Source of the DNA: Limnochordia bacterium
GTDB taxonomy: Bacteria; Bacillota; Limnochordia; DTU080
Direction of reading: 5' to 3'
NCBI GenBank assembly: GCA_050951545.1
Contig: JBMNJG010000002.1
Location: forward strand, 160,001 to 224,000
DNA length: 64,000 nucleotides
The notes under the pieces were generated by a model. The model saw nothing but the letters and a program-made list of their open reading frames with translations. It was not told where the DNA came from and made no database searches. Shown piece by piece: positions 32,794 through 42,222 of the stretch (positions are counted from its first letter, which is position 1; every line of letters starts with the position of its first letter). A program made the position numbers and the translations under genes.

Positions 32794-33885
32794 TTAGAAC
32801 GATGGGGCGAATTGCCGCGATAGTGGGTTTTGCTTGTGGCACTCCTCGATCACGGCAATCTGCTGGCGTACTTGCTGGGGTGTTACCTCCAAAGGCGCCC
32901 CTTCTGTGAGCGTTTTATACAGCATGTTATAGAACGCCCCGGAAATCACACTGAAGAGGTCTTTCTTCTCTGCGGGCACATCCCATGATTCCTCGTACCA
33001 TGTCAGCTTTTCGCTGCAGTACGCCGGAGTTCCGTCGGCCTTCACAATTGGTGAAGGGATCAACTGCTGTTCGGGTGTCTCTTCTGGACGGAAATACTTC
33101 CAGTCCATATGTGTCATGGAGCCCTTCAGACCGCCGCATGTTCCCTGCACATTATAGGTGAAGGAGGGGTAAGCGCAGCACGAAGAGATCTCCAGATCGA
33201 TAACCGGACGGCCATGGCCACTGAGAATAAGCTTCACATAATCCTCTGCGTCGCCGAATGTGTTGGCCCGGTCCATGAAACACGTGACATCGGGCATCAC
33301 ATCGGAGCCAAAGAGTTGGAGCGCTTGATCCAGAGGATGAGGACCGGTGTTTAGTAGGTTCCCGCCATTGTTGGCCTGGACGCACTGCCAATCCCATCTT
33401 CTCGCAAACCCATTGAAGGCTACGCTGATCTGCACAATTCGACCGAGCACACCGGAGTCGATCACCCTCCTCACCTGTTGGAAGTAGGGGGCGTATCTCG
33501 ACTGCTGGAAAATGGCGATTGTTCGGCCGGACTTCTGTGCAGCAGCGATAAGCTGATCGACCTCATCGACTCTGCGTGCTAGAGGTTTCTCGCACAAAAC
33601 ATTGAAGCCGTTATTCAACAGATCTAGGGAAATGGGCACATGCAAGTGACTCGGGGTGGAGTTAACCACCAGATCGAAATCATCCCTGCCCAGTATGGAA
33701 TGATAGTCACTAAATGAAACGCAGCCATATTCCTTTTCGGCTCGCTGGCGGCGTTCCTCCAACGGGTCGACAATGGCGACGATCTTGAACTTATCCTGGG
33801 CGGTCTTCAGGAATCTACCGTGGATATCCCGACCACTTCGTCCTTGCCCCAGAATGCACACCCTCAGCTGCTTCATCTTTTCCAT
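32794..33885 (-). CDS. Gfo/Idh/MocA family oxidoreductase
   Basis: ILGQGRSG, VLCEKP, GGNLLNTGPHPLDQ. Confidence 0.92.
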   Translation of the reverse strand: MEKMKQLRVCILGQGRSGRDIHGRFLKTAQDKFKIVAIVDPLEERRQRAEKEYGCVSFSDYHSILGRDDFDLVVNSTPSHLHVPISLDLLNNGFNVLCEKPLARRVDEVDQLIAAAQKSGRTIAIFQQSRYAPYFQQVRRVIDSGVLGRIVQISVAFNGFARRWDWQCVQANNGGNLLNTGPHPLDQALQLFGSDVMPDVTCFMDRANTFGDAEDYVKLILSGHGRPVIDLEISSCCAYPSFTYNVQGTCGGLKGSMTHMDWKYFRPEETPEQQLIPSPIVKADGTPAYCSEKLTWYEESWDVPAEKKDLFSVISGAFYNMLYKTLTEGAPLEVTPQQVRQQIAVIEECHKQNPLSRQFAPSF

Positions 33886-34194
33886 CCCCTTGCGATCAAC
33901 TACACCTCACATTACGGGCTACGCCCGCAACGCGGCTGGTGACGTCATATTGATATATTAGCGATTCTCAGCCGGCATCCTTGGTGTGGGGTGGTTTTTC
34001 CCTTCGCAGATAGAAACCCGATAGGGATTGACGAGGATTGGGCGGCTGCAAGAGTGGGCGGTACTCCACTGTTTCCATGTCTCGAGGCGTGCTCTGGTGA
34101 CTCGTAGCAGGTATTCCTGTGTATCATTGGGAATTGGATAAAGAGCCGACACTAGTGCGCATCGAGCATCGTCACTTGGATCGTACAGAGGTGC

Positions 34195-35211
34195 ATGTTT
34201 GTGGGAGGCAGCAATCAGGCAGCGTATGCTCTAGCCCTAAAGGGTATCCCGGGAATCGGTGATCGCTCGGTTGCAGTGCTCATGCAGATTTTCCCTGATC
34301 CTAGGGGTATCTTGGATGCCTCGGAGAGTCAAATGGCTGCTTTGAGCCCGAGGTTACGGCGCATAGTTCGGGAGCTTCGACCTGCTCAGTGGCAACTGCT
34401 GCACGATCAGGCATCAACAGTCCTTGATCTGCACCGCGAAGCTGGGTTTCATCCGGTTGCCCGGACCGATGCAGGCTATCCCCGTCTTCTGCGCCTTGTG
34501 CCTGATGCTCCGGCAATTCTTTACGTCCGTGGGTCTGTTTCAGCGTTGCAGGAGGCTCTGACCGTGACGGTTGTGGGTACGCGCCAGCCGACGCGCCTCG
34601 GAGTACTTCGCGCCCGACGCTTAGCGGCAGCTCTAGCAGAGAGAGGAATGGTGGTCGTTAGTGGACTGGCCCGTGGTATTGATACCGCTGCTCATCAGGG
34701 CGTGTTGGACGTAGGCGGTCGAACGCTCGCGGTTCTCGCCAATCCAATCGATACAGTGTACCCTACAGAGAACAGGGCGCTGGCTGAGCGCATCATATCT
34801 ACTGGAGGAGCGCTGGTAAGCGAGCATGGCGCTGGCCAGCAACTCGCTCGCCACGCTTTCGTGTTACGTGACCGCATCCAGAGTGGCCTGTCGGTGGCCA
34901 CAATCGTGGTACAGACGGATACCACTGGGGGTACGATGCATACGGTTGGCTTTGCCCGCCGTCAAGGACGGCTTCTCTTGTGCTTGGCCCCAGTGGCGGA
35001 TGAGCTGGAAGCATCGCAGACAGCTGGCGTGCGTCAGCTGTTGTCAGCTGGTAGGGCACAGCCCTTCAAGGAGGGCGATGAACGAGCTTTGCCTGAGCGT
35101 CTGGCGGAGCATCGCCAGTTTCTTATGAAGAAGGTGTCCTTGCCTCATGGGATGGATGACATGCAGCGAGCCCGCCCTTCTCAAACTACGCTGGAAGGAT
35201 TGTTTGACTAA
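34195..35211 (+). CDS. DprA/Smf-family protein, atypical (ShosA-like)
   Basis: YPRLL..PDAPAILYVRG, VVGTR, VVSGLARGIDTAAH, RDRIQSGLS, GGTMHT. Confidence 0.85.
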   Translation: MFVGGSNQAAYALALKGIPGIGDRSVAVLMQIFPDPRGILDASESQMAALSPRLRRIVRELRPAQWQLLHDQASTVLDLHREAGFHPVARTDAGYPRLLRLVPDAPAILYVRGSVSALQEALTVTVVGTRQPTRLGVLRARRLAAALAERGMVVVSGLARGIDTAAHQGVLDVGGRTLAVLANPIDTVYPTENRALAERIISTGGALVSEHGAGQQLARHAFVLRDRIQSGLSVATIVVQTDTTGGTMHTVGFARRQGRLLLCLAPVADELEASQTAGVRQLLSAGRAQPFKEGDERALPERLAEHRQFLMKKVSLPHGMDDMQRARPSQTTLEGLFD

Positions 35212-35226
35212 CTACCGCGAAGGGCC

Positions 35227-35784
35227 ATGACGGCTATCTGCAAGATAGTCGTAGCATCGCGCTGCGTATTTGGCTATGATGGTTCTGAGACAAGCATTCG
35301 TGGAAGGGATTGGTGGTTGATGACTGGAGGCAGCTGGCCCTTGTGTGGATCATCACGCATTCATGACTACATCGAGGCAGAGTATCTGGATCAGGAGCTG
35401 CTTGTGTTGCTCTTTCATCGAGGGACTCTTCTCGCCAGCGTGCGCATGGTTATGGACGACGTGGGTCTGGAGTTGTCCGAGGAGATCCTGTCCAATGGCA
35501 CCAAGGATACTGAGGCCTGGTCCGAAGACGAGTTCGATCCCTATTACACCCATCTCATTCTGTATGGAGACATGATGGAGTCTCTTGACGGATACCCTCT
35601 AACCCAGGTTACGCTGCCGTTGGAGGATCTTCGTAGTGCCATAGCCGAGATGGCTCAGGAGACCCTCGTTATTACTAGCGGTAGTTGGCGGCTGCATATT
35701 CGCAAGCTGGACCGACCGACATCGGATTACGACGACGAGAGGCGTCTTAGCAGGCCCTTGCCTGCATTGCCAGACATATTCTGA
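35227..35784 (+). CDS. Hypothetical acidic protein (start may be 35320)
   Basis: Open frame rich in D/E directly after the DprA-like gene; no family recognised. Confidence 0.6.
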   Translation: MTAICKIVVASRCVFGYDGSETSIRGRDWWLMTGGSWPLCGSSRIHDYIEAEYLDQELLVLLFHRGTLLASVRMVMDDVGLELSEEILSNGTKDTEAWSEDEFDPYYTHLILYGDMMESLDGYPLTQVTLPLEDLRSAIAEMAQETLVITSGSWRLHIRKLDRPTSDYDDERRLSRPLPALPDIF

Positions 35785-35917
35785 TAGCCGTTACTGTTGT
35801 CTAGCCACACTCGGGTCTCTGGCGCGCGGGCTATTACCTTCATGATGAGACTATATGGCATCTTGCGCCGAATTAGCGATGAGCTAAGATGGAAGTGTCG
35901 CGGAGGAGGCCTTTGCC

Positions 35918-36745
35918 ATGTCATTTTGTTGGAGATGCCGTTTTGCCATAGTGAGCACGTTGCTGGTCCTTCTAGGCTTTGGGTGGGTGTCCGTTATGGC
36001 GGACACCCCGAGCTTTTCGCTCGAGGAAACCTCAACCTTTGCGAGGCGAGACCCCCTCTTTGCCGCAGCTGCTAGTGCTCTTTTGCCGGGTGCCGGGCAG
36101 TTTTACAATGGCGAGACGGGAAAGGGGCTCCTGGTAGCGGCGAGCGAGGTCGTGGGAACAGCCTTTGCGGTACAGACGATCATGAGCCACGAATCGCTGG
36201 ATGTTCGGCGCGATGGGAGATTGCTACTGTTGCCTGTCGCCTATGGCGCCTCGATCGTCGACGCTGCGCGGCGAGCTGCGGCCTACAACCAAAGGCGGGT
36301 AGCTATGGGGCAGGAGGGGCAAGATTTGCTGGCTAGACAGCCGCGCATCGTGCTCAGCCTACAGGGTGCTGGGATGAGTGGTCAAGAGCTGGGCATGCTG
36401 GCCGAGGTTGAATTGTTCCTGTTATCAGGTCTGGGTGTGGTGGCGGCGAAGTCCATCATCCCTGGTCCCGACGACGTGGTTGTTGGGGCACTGCGCTGGT
36501 ATCCGCACCCCGGACGCGCCAGCCAGTTTTTCGTGGCAGCCGAGGTGGGCTATCAGTCGGGCAGGTCGGGCTACGGCTACACTCTTTGCTGGAACGGAGC
36601 CAGCGCCGGCTTAGCGTTTTCCTGGCCGGATAGTCCTTGGCGGTGGACGGCCGCGATCAGCGCTGGGCGGGTGCAGGGGGTGGCTGGTTATATTTACCAA
36701 GGGTCCTACGTGAAGTGGAGCAGTGGGCTGGGGATGAGGTTCTAG
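35918..36745 (+). CDS. Hypothetical exported/membrane protein
   Basis: GGAGG RBS, signal peptide, SALLPGAGQFYNG motif, beta-rich C-terminus ending in F. Confidence 0.7.
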   Translation: MSFCWRCRFAIVSTLLVLLGFGWVSVMADTPSFSLEETSTFARRDPLFAAAASALLPGAGQFYNGETGKGLLVAASEVVGTAFAVQTIMSHESLDVRRDGRLLLLPVAYGASIVDAARRAAAYNQRRVAMGQEGQDLLARQPRIVLSLQGAGMSGQELGMLAEVELFLLSGLGVVAAKSIIPGPDDVVVGALRWYPHPGRASQFFVAAEVGYQSGRSGYGYTLCWNGASAGLAFSWPDSPWRWTAAISAGRVQGVAGYIYQGSYVKWSSGLGMRF

Positions 36746-36886
36746 GTGGGCCCGCTATGCCTACTGTGGACCTGGGAATTCAGAGAATGGCAAGAGGAGA
36801 CCCCCCCTGGTCACCGAACTCTGGGGCATGGGGTGATGCCTTTTCCCCGTTCCAATTATTGGAAAAAGGAAGTGGTCGTATTGGGG

Positions 36887-37222
36887 ATGATAGCCGAATT
36901 TAAGGAGTTCGCGGTCAAGGGAAATGTGATGGACATGGCCGCCGGGATTATCATTGGAGGTGCCTTCGGCAAGGTCGTTTCATCACTGGTCAACGATGTG
37001 CTCATGCCGCCGATCGGCGTGCTCCTAGGCGGCGTTGATTTCGCCGATCTTGCTATCACCTTGAAGCGGGCAACTTTGACCACCCCAGCTGTAGTGTTAG
37101 GTTACGGCAAGTTCGTTCAGACCGTCGTGGACTTCCTGATTGTAGCCTGGGCCGTCTTTTTAATCGTGAAAGTAATGAACGTATTGCGGCGCCAAAAAAG
37201 CACCGATGATAAGGCCGCTTGA
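36887..37222 (+). CDS. mscL: Large-conductance mechanosensitive channel
   Basis: [56 protein letters not shown]. Confidence 0.95.
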   Translation: MIAEFKEFAVKGNVMDMAAGIIIGGAFGKVVSSLVNDVLMPPIGVLLGGVDFADLAITLKRATLTTPAVVLGYGKFVQTVVDFLIVAWAVFLIVKVMNVLRRQKSTDDKAA

Positions 37223-37293
37223 AGCGAGTCACAGACAGCGGCCGCCCGGCAGCGTGATTGGCAGCCGGGCGGCCAGAATGTGTTATAGCCACT

Positions 37294-38514
37294 TTACGAT
37301 CTCGAAAAGACAACCTTCCCAGAGACGATGGTCTTTTGTACCCGGACATGATCGTCGAAGATGGTGATATCGCCAGCCAAACCTGGAGAGAGCACGCCTC
37401 GCTCATGCGCCATACCGTGAATGCGAGCGGGGATCAGGGTGGCCATCTTGACGGCGTCGATAACTGAGAGGCCGACGAGTTCTGTCATTGTCCGTACAGC
37501 TTGATCCATCGTCGCTACGCTACTGGCAAACGCTGTGCGATCAGCCAGTTTAGCCACGTAGTTACCCGGTCGCCGCTTGACCTCGAACTCCGGCGCCACG
37601 TCATCTTCCACGACTACCTTCAGACCAAACAGCTCATAGGGCCCGGGCTCAAGCCCGGCCGCAGCCATGGCATCGGTCGTCACACATACCTGGTTGAGCC
37701 CCTTAGCTTTGAGCACGAGCTTCATCAGGCTGGGCGGAAGGTGGTGTCCGTCAGCGATCAGCTCTGTAGTTAGCTCATCAATAGCAAGCACCGCCTCGAT
37801 AATCCCAGAGATGCGATAGGCATTGATGCGCCGTACACCTGACATACCCGAGAACATATGTGTGGCGTGGGTGTAACCGTTTTCCACAGCCTTGATCACA
37901 TCGTCGAAAGTACCGTCGCTGTGAGCAATGGAGGCCACGATGCCCCGCCGACGTAGCTCTTGACCGAGCTCAAGCGCACCGGGAAGCTCGGGCGCAGCAG
38001 AGACCCTGCGGATGAAGGAGAAGCGGTCAAGTACGGGCCCGAAATCCTCAAGACTCGGATGCTTGATGTACTCCGGATTTTGCGCGCCGGCTTGCGCTAG
38101 GTTGAAGTAGGGGCCCTCCAGGTGGGCACCCACAATGGCCGCACCAGCGTACTCCATGCCTTGCACGGTCTCAATGGCCTCGAGAGCTCGAACAATCGCT
38201 TCCATGGGAGCAGCCAGTGTCGTAGGCAGCATGGCAGTTACCCCGCCCCTGGCATGGGCCTGGGCACAGGTGATGATATCCGACGGCGTTGCCCCCATCA
38301 CATCGCCGCCTCCACCTCCGTGGAGATGGGTCTCGATGAACCCTGGAGACACAAAGGCACCTCCAGCATCGATGACCTCTGCATCTGCAGGTGCTGTGAT
38401 CGCCTCTTGGGGCCCCACACATCGTATTGCGCCGCCTTCGAGGAGTACGGCCCCGCGGTCAATCACTCGCATGGGAGTGATGACGCGGCCGTTTCGGATG
38501 AGGAGCATTGACAT
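37294..38514 (-). CDS. nagA: N-acetylglucosamine-6-phosphate deacetylase
   Basis: PGFIETHLHGGGG, HLEGPY, AHSD, THMFSGM, IADGHHL. Confidence 0.88.
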   Translation of the reverse strand: MSMLLIRNGRVITPMRVIDRGAVLLEGGAIRCVGPQEAITAPADAEVIDAGGAFVSPGFIETHLHGGGGGDVMGATPSDIITCAQAHARGGVTAMLPTTLAAPMEAIVRALEAIETVQGMEYAGAAIVGAHLEGPYFNLAQAGAQNPEYIKHPSLEDFGPVLDRFSFIRRVSAAPELPGALELGQELRRRGIVASIAHSDGTFDDVIKAVENGYTHATHMFSGMSGVRRINAYRISGIIEAVLAIDELTTELIADGHHLPPSLMKLVLKAKGLNQVCVTTDAMAAAGLEPGPYELFGLKVVVEDDVAPEFEVKRRPGNYVAKLADRTAFASSVATMDQAVRTMTELVGLSVIDAVKMATLIPARIHGMAHERGVLSPGLAGDITIFDDHVRVQKTIVSGKVVFSRS

Positions 38515-38736
38515 CGATCCTTTCTAAAGCCCAGCGCTGGAGATCAGGGGTCAACCCGTATACTGACTGAGCGTGTACTCCTGGTTTACGTTCAACGTGA
38601 TGCGCGCTTTACCTCTGATACAAGAACCCAATCCAGCGCGTCATTCATCATCGCAGTGTGAACCGCCCGGACCTGATTGGCCGGGCGGGATTGGGTGTGG
38701 ACGTCTTCTCGTCGCATGTGATTCCGTGCGGATGCT

Positions 38737-40008
38737 CTAGGGACAGCGATAGCAGGTGGTCGATGCCAGAATCTGGTTGATGGCCTGTACAGCGTTTTGC
38801 GCAGCTTCGGCCACCGAGATCTGTCCTCGATACGCTGGTGCCAGAGCGTTGTTCATCGCCACGGAGCGCCAGTCATTCCATTTTGTGGTACCAAAATCAG
38901 CGCCGCGGACGAATTCCGAGCTTTCAAGGACTACACGCATGTTGGCGGGTGGGTTGTTCCACGCCAGCCACTGGGGGTTGCGGGCGAGAGGCACATAGAC
39001 GGGGATGCGGCCTCGACGCACTTCCGTCGGTTTTCTTTCGGTGACAAAAAAGCGAGCGAAGTCGAAGGCAATTTCCGGTGATGCTGTCTTTTTGGAGACC
39101 ACAATGCTGTTGGGGCCACCGTAGATGACTCGCGACTGTGGCCCTTTGGGCACCATAACCACGTCCCAGTCGAAGGCTGCTTTGGTATCATGCAGGGCCT
39201 CTACAAGGGTACACAGCCCTACGTACATCCCGACTTTCCCTGAGGCAAAGGAGGGGCTCGTTCTCAGGGGGGCCGATACTTGATCCTTGTGGATCAGATC
39301 GACTAAAAACTGGATCGCTTCCACCGATCTTGGCTCATCAAGGAGGCTACGGCGCTGAAGAGAGTCTAAGACGTTGCCTCCCCAGCTGTAGACAACAGAG
39401 TCCAAAAGCTCATGACTTGAGCTGCTGATAAATCCCCAGACATCGGGTCGGCCATCGCCGTCGATGTCACGTGTCAGTTTTTTGGCCACGTCGCGCAATG
39501 TGAACCAATCCCAAGAGTTGTTGGGATGAGCGAGGCCGTTCTCATCGAACATGGAGCGATTGTAGAACAGGAGACTGGAGACCCAATCGAAGGGGAACGC
39601 ATACAGCTCGCCGGATCGATTCGGGTAGCGCAGATCATCCATGACAGGCCAAAAGTAGCTTTGTCGAGGGAGCTGTCGCGCGAAGTTCTCCATGCTTAGA
39701 GTCCAGTCTACGTTGGCGTAATCCCAATTGTAGGCGACGCTCATGTAGTAGACATCGGGTGGCGTACCGCTGGCATTAAGTATAGTCATCTTGTCCCAAT
39801 AACTAGACCAAGGCTCCGTGACCACCTCTACCTCCACCTGTGGCTTCGCTGCCATGTAGCGCTCTGCTAGGCTAACTTCGAGGTCGTGTGCTTTCTGATC
39901 CCAAGACCAGAACTCGATCTTCGTCTTGTCGGCTCCGGATGCTGCTAGCGTGATAGTCCCCATGATTAAGGCTGCCGTGAGCAGCTGTGCGCAGAGTCGG
40001 CGCATCAT
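38737..40008 (-). CDS. Sugar ABC transporter solute-binding protein
   Basis: ASGTPPDV, FYNRSMFDENGL, KKLTRDIDGDGRPDVWGF, FDWDVV..PKGP. Confidence 0.9.
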   Translation of the reverse strand: MMRRLCAQLLTAALIMGTITLAASGADKTKIEFWSWDQKAHDLEVSLAERYMAAKPQVEVEVVTEPWSSYWDKMTILNASGTPPDVYYMSVAYNWDYANVDWTLSMENFARQLPRQSYFWPVMDDLRYPNRSGELYAFPFDWVSSLLFYNRSMFDENGLAHPNNSWDWFTLRDVAKKLTRDIDGDGRPDVWGFISSSSHELLDSVVYSWGGNVLDSLQRRSLLDEPRSVEAIQFLVDLIHKDQVSAPLRTSPSFASGKVGMYVGLCTLVEALHDTKAAFDWDVVMVPKGPQSRVIYGGPNSIVVSKKTASPEIAFDFARFFVTERKPTEVRRGRIPVYVPLARNPQWLAWNNPPANMRVVLESSEFVRGADFGTTKWNDWRSVAMNNALAPAYRGQISVAEAAQNAVQAINQILASTTCYRCP

Positions 40009-40217
40009 GAACACTCCCCTCGTATTTTGGTCGAGTACACGACACTGCGATATGTTCACCATTTGGCTCAAGAGTCCTTGAGAAACATCCTAACTAATCC
40101 ATGGCGCGTCCTTTCACGCGGTGGTCAGGGAGAGGCCCATCGTGGGCGTCCGTTGTCTGGGCAGAGAATCGTTCTGGAATACCAGGTAACCAACACTTCG
40201 GTACCAGCGCTTCGACG

Positions 40218-40245
40218 AACACGAGTTGCCAGTGTGCATAGCCTA
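40218..40245 (+). promoter_or_regulatory. Possible SigK (late mother-cell) promoter
   Basis: AC-16 bp-CATAgccTA, matching the Bacillus SigK consensus, ~65 bp before the GTG at 40311. Confidence 0.4.
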
Positions 40246-40310
40246 GCAGTGCGGTACCAGTGCTGTTAGTCCGCTCACGGAGAAGGTAGCACATCGAGGA
40301 GGGAACTGGC

Positions 40311-40511
40311 GTGCCCGAATGTGTGGTTTGTGGTGGCTGCACAACGTTTGATCTCAATGCCTTGGCGACTCCAGGTGAAGGACTTGTGTGCAACAGTGTG
40401 GTCGTGATCAAAGAGCAAGTGGATCTGACTGCAGAGGGCCTTGGTGCATTTCACGTTGAGCAAAAGCTGCCTTTCGAGTTGATGATCATCCGTAAGGTCG
40501 CTGTGGCGTAG
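40311..40511 (+). CDS. Small Cys-rich protein (66 aa, CxxCxxC...C)
   Basis: GAGGAGG RBS; 37/66 identical, ungapped, to the C-terminus of the next protein. Confidence 0.8.
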   Translation: MPECVVCGGCTTFDLNALATPGEGLVCNSVVVIKEQVDLTAEGLGAFHVEQKLPFELMIIRKVAVA

Positions 40512-40610
40512 CGGGTAGGTAACACGGGTGTGGGCCTGGGTTTGTCGAGCCCAGCCCGCGCCCGTCAGGCTCATGTCAACGATGAGTTGAGGTCAGAAGG
40601 AGTGTGTACA

Positions 40611-41255
40611 ATGGCGTGCTTGCCCGAACAGCGAAGTGTGACGTTTATTCAGGGCCAAGCTACCTATACGATTGAGTACAACGGTATGACCTGTGATGGC
40701 ATGAACTCGACTTGGTGCGTCACGGTGACCGTCACGGGTGACCCCGCCCTTAGCCATTGGGTATGGGGAACCTGTACCAACCCTCTTCCCACTGTACTGA
40801 GTGCCACCAGAAATGGTGTGCCATTGACAGTGGGTCCAGGTGAGGATGTCGAGGTGGGCACCGACCCCACTACTGGAGTGACGGGCGTCAAGTTTGATGT
40901 TCCGGTCGAGGCGGGGGATGGGCCGGTAGAGTTCTGTATGACACTGGCGGGGTGTTTCGTTGAAGAGCCTCAGGATGTAGGCGTTAAGGGTGGAGGCGGG
41001 GCAGTTGGGCAGGCACTCCAAGACGCCCTATGTGGCCCCAGCTGTCAGGCTTTTGTTCCTCGCTGTGCATTCTGTTCAGGATGTGCCGGGTTCAGCCTCA
41101 ACGATATAACTGACCCTGGTCAGGGGCTCTGGTGCACGAACGTGGTGAAGCTTGGGGCACAGCTCGATCTCACCGAAGAGGGCGTTGGTGCGTTTCTCAT
41201 TGAACAGAAGCTGCCTTTTGAGTTGGTGATCATCCGAAAGATCGCTGCCACGTAA
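40611..41255 (+). CDS. Cys-rich protein: beta-rich N-terminal domain plus C-terminal copy of the 66-aa module
   Basis: AAGGAG RBS; LSHWVWG and DPTTGVTGVKFD in the N domain; C-terminus paralogous to 40311-40511. Confidence 0.8.
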   Translation: MACLPEQRSVTFIQGQATYTIEYNGMTCDGMNSTWCVTVTVTGDPALSHWVWGTCTNPLPTVLSATRNGVPLTVGPGEDVEVGTDPTTGVTGVKFDVPVEAGDGPVEFCMTLAGCFVEEPQDVGVKGGGGAVGQALQDALCGPSCQAFVPRCAFCSGCAGFSLNDITDPGQGLWCTNVVKLGAQLDLTEEGVGAFLIEQKLPFELVIIRKIAAT

Positions 41256-41396
41256 GAGGCCGTACGGGCGCGAGCTTGGGTCTGTCATAGCCCAGCCCGC
41301 GCCCGTTAGGTTTATGTCGATGATTCGCAGGGGTATGGGAAGCAGGCCATCCAGGGCACTAGGAGGAATGTAGACGCCGACTGGAGGCCTGAGCGA

Positions 41397-41957
41397 ATGG
41401 ATCAGCAGTTGTTCTCCAAAGCATTGTGTTTTGCCGAAGAGGCGCATCGTGGTCAGCTTCGCAAGGGATCCGAGGTTCCCTACATCACCCATCCCGTTGG
41501 TGTTTCTGCTATTCTTTGCCAGTACGGCTACGGCGAGACCGTTGTCATCGCTGGTCTTCTGCACGACGTTTTGGAGGACACCTATGTGGAGCAAGAGGAG
41601 CTGGAGCTTCAGTTTGGTCAAGGTGTTGCCCGACTTGTGGCAAGTGTCACGGAGCACAAGACACGCCATGGAGAAAAGGTACCCTGGGAAGAGCGTAAGC
41701 AGGCTGGTGTAGAACGCCTGAAGGGCGCTGATGGGGAGACCGTGGCTTTGAAGGCAGCGGACCTTCTTCACAATGCCCAGAGCATTCTTCGGGACTACAG
41801 TGCATACGGAGAGGCGGTGTGGGAGCGCTTTAACAGGGGCAAGAAGCACCAGCTCTGGTACTATGGTTTGCTCTCTGAACTTATCGCCGAGCGGCTTGGT
41901 GAGCACCCACTGGGTAGGGAGCTTATCCGTGTGGTAGGGGAGTTGCACCAACTCTGA
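41397..41957 (+). CDS. HD-domain protein, small alarmone hydrolase (Mesh1/SpoT-hydrolase-like)
   Basis: AHRGQLRKG..PYITHP, GLLHDVLEDT, LKAADLLHN. Confidence 0.85.
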   Translation: MDQQLFSKALCFAEEAHRGQLRKGSEVPYITHPVGVSAILCQYGYGETVVIAGLLHDVLEDTYVEQEELELQFGQGVARLVASVTEHKTRHGEKVPWEERKQAGVERLKGADGETVALKAADLLHNAQSILRDYSAYGEAVWERFNRGKKHQLWYYGLLSELIAERLGEHPLGRELIRVVGELHQL

Positions 41958-42056
41958 GCCTCGTCATCTGGCCTGGGAAGCCCTCCCGGAAGTGGGGTAG
42001 CGCTGGTAGCGAGGCATGGTGCAGTAATATGCACAAACGTATGTCGCTTTTCCCTA

Positions 42057-42085
42057 TTGACTAACTAAACGCGTAGGAATATGCT
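42057..42085 (+). promoter_or_regulatory. SigA-type promoter
   Basis: TTGACT-17 bp-TATGCT upstream of the SBP gene. Confidence 0.55.
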
Positions 42086-42222
42086 TTTAGGTGATACATA
42101 AAACCATTGAGGGCAGGTTCGTTCTCCGGCATCTTGCGAGTGCGGAGTTAAGCACGCCCTTTGTGCCCAGAGGCCTCTACTCGCACCTCACCATGGCTTG
42201 CCCCAATGTCAGGGAGGGTAAT

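Noticed and set aside
42090-42222. Riboswitch in the long SBP 5' UTR (also considered 25960-26087, 44910-45450, 55560-56030)
   Set aside because: Some stems are present but no conserved riboswitch motif or terminator platform was recognised.
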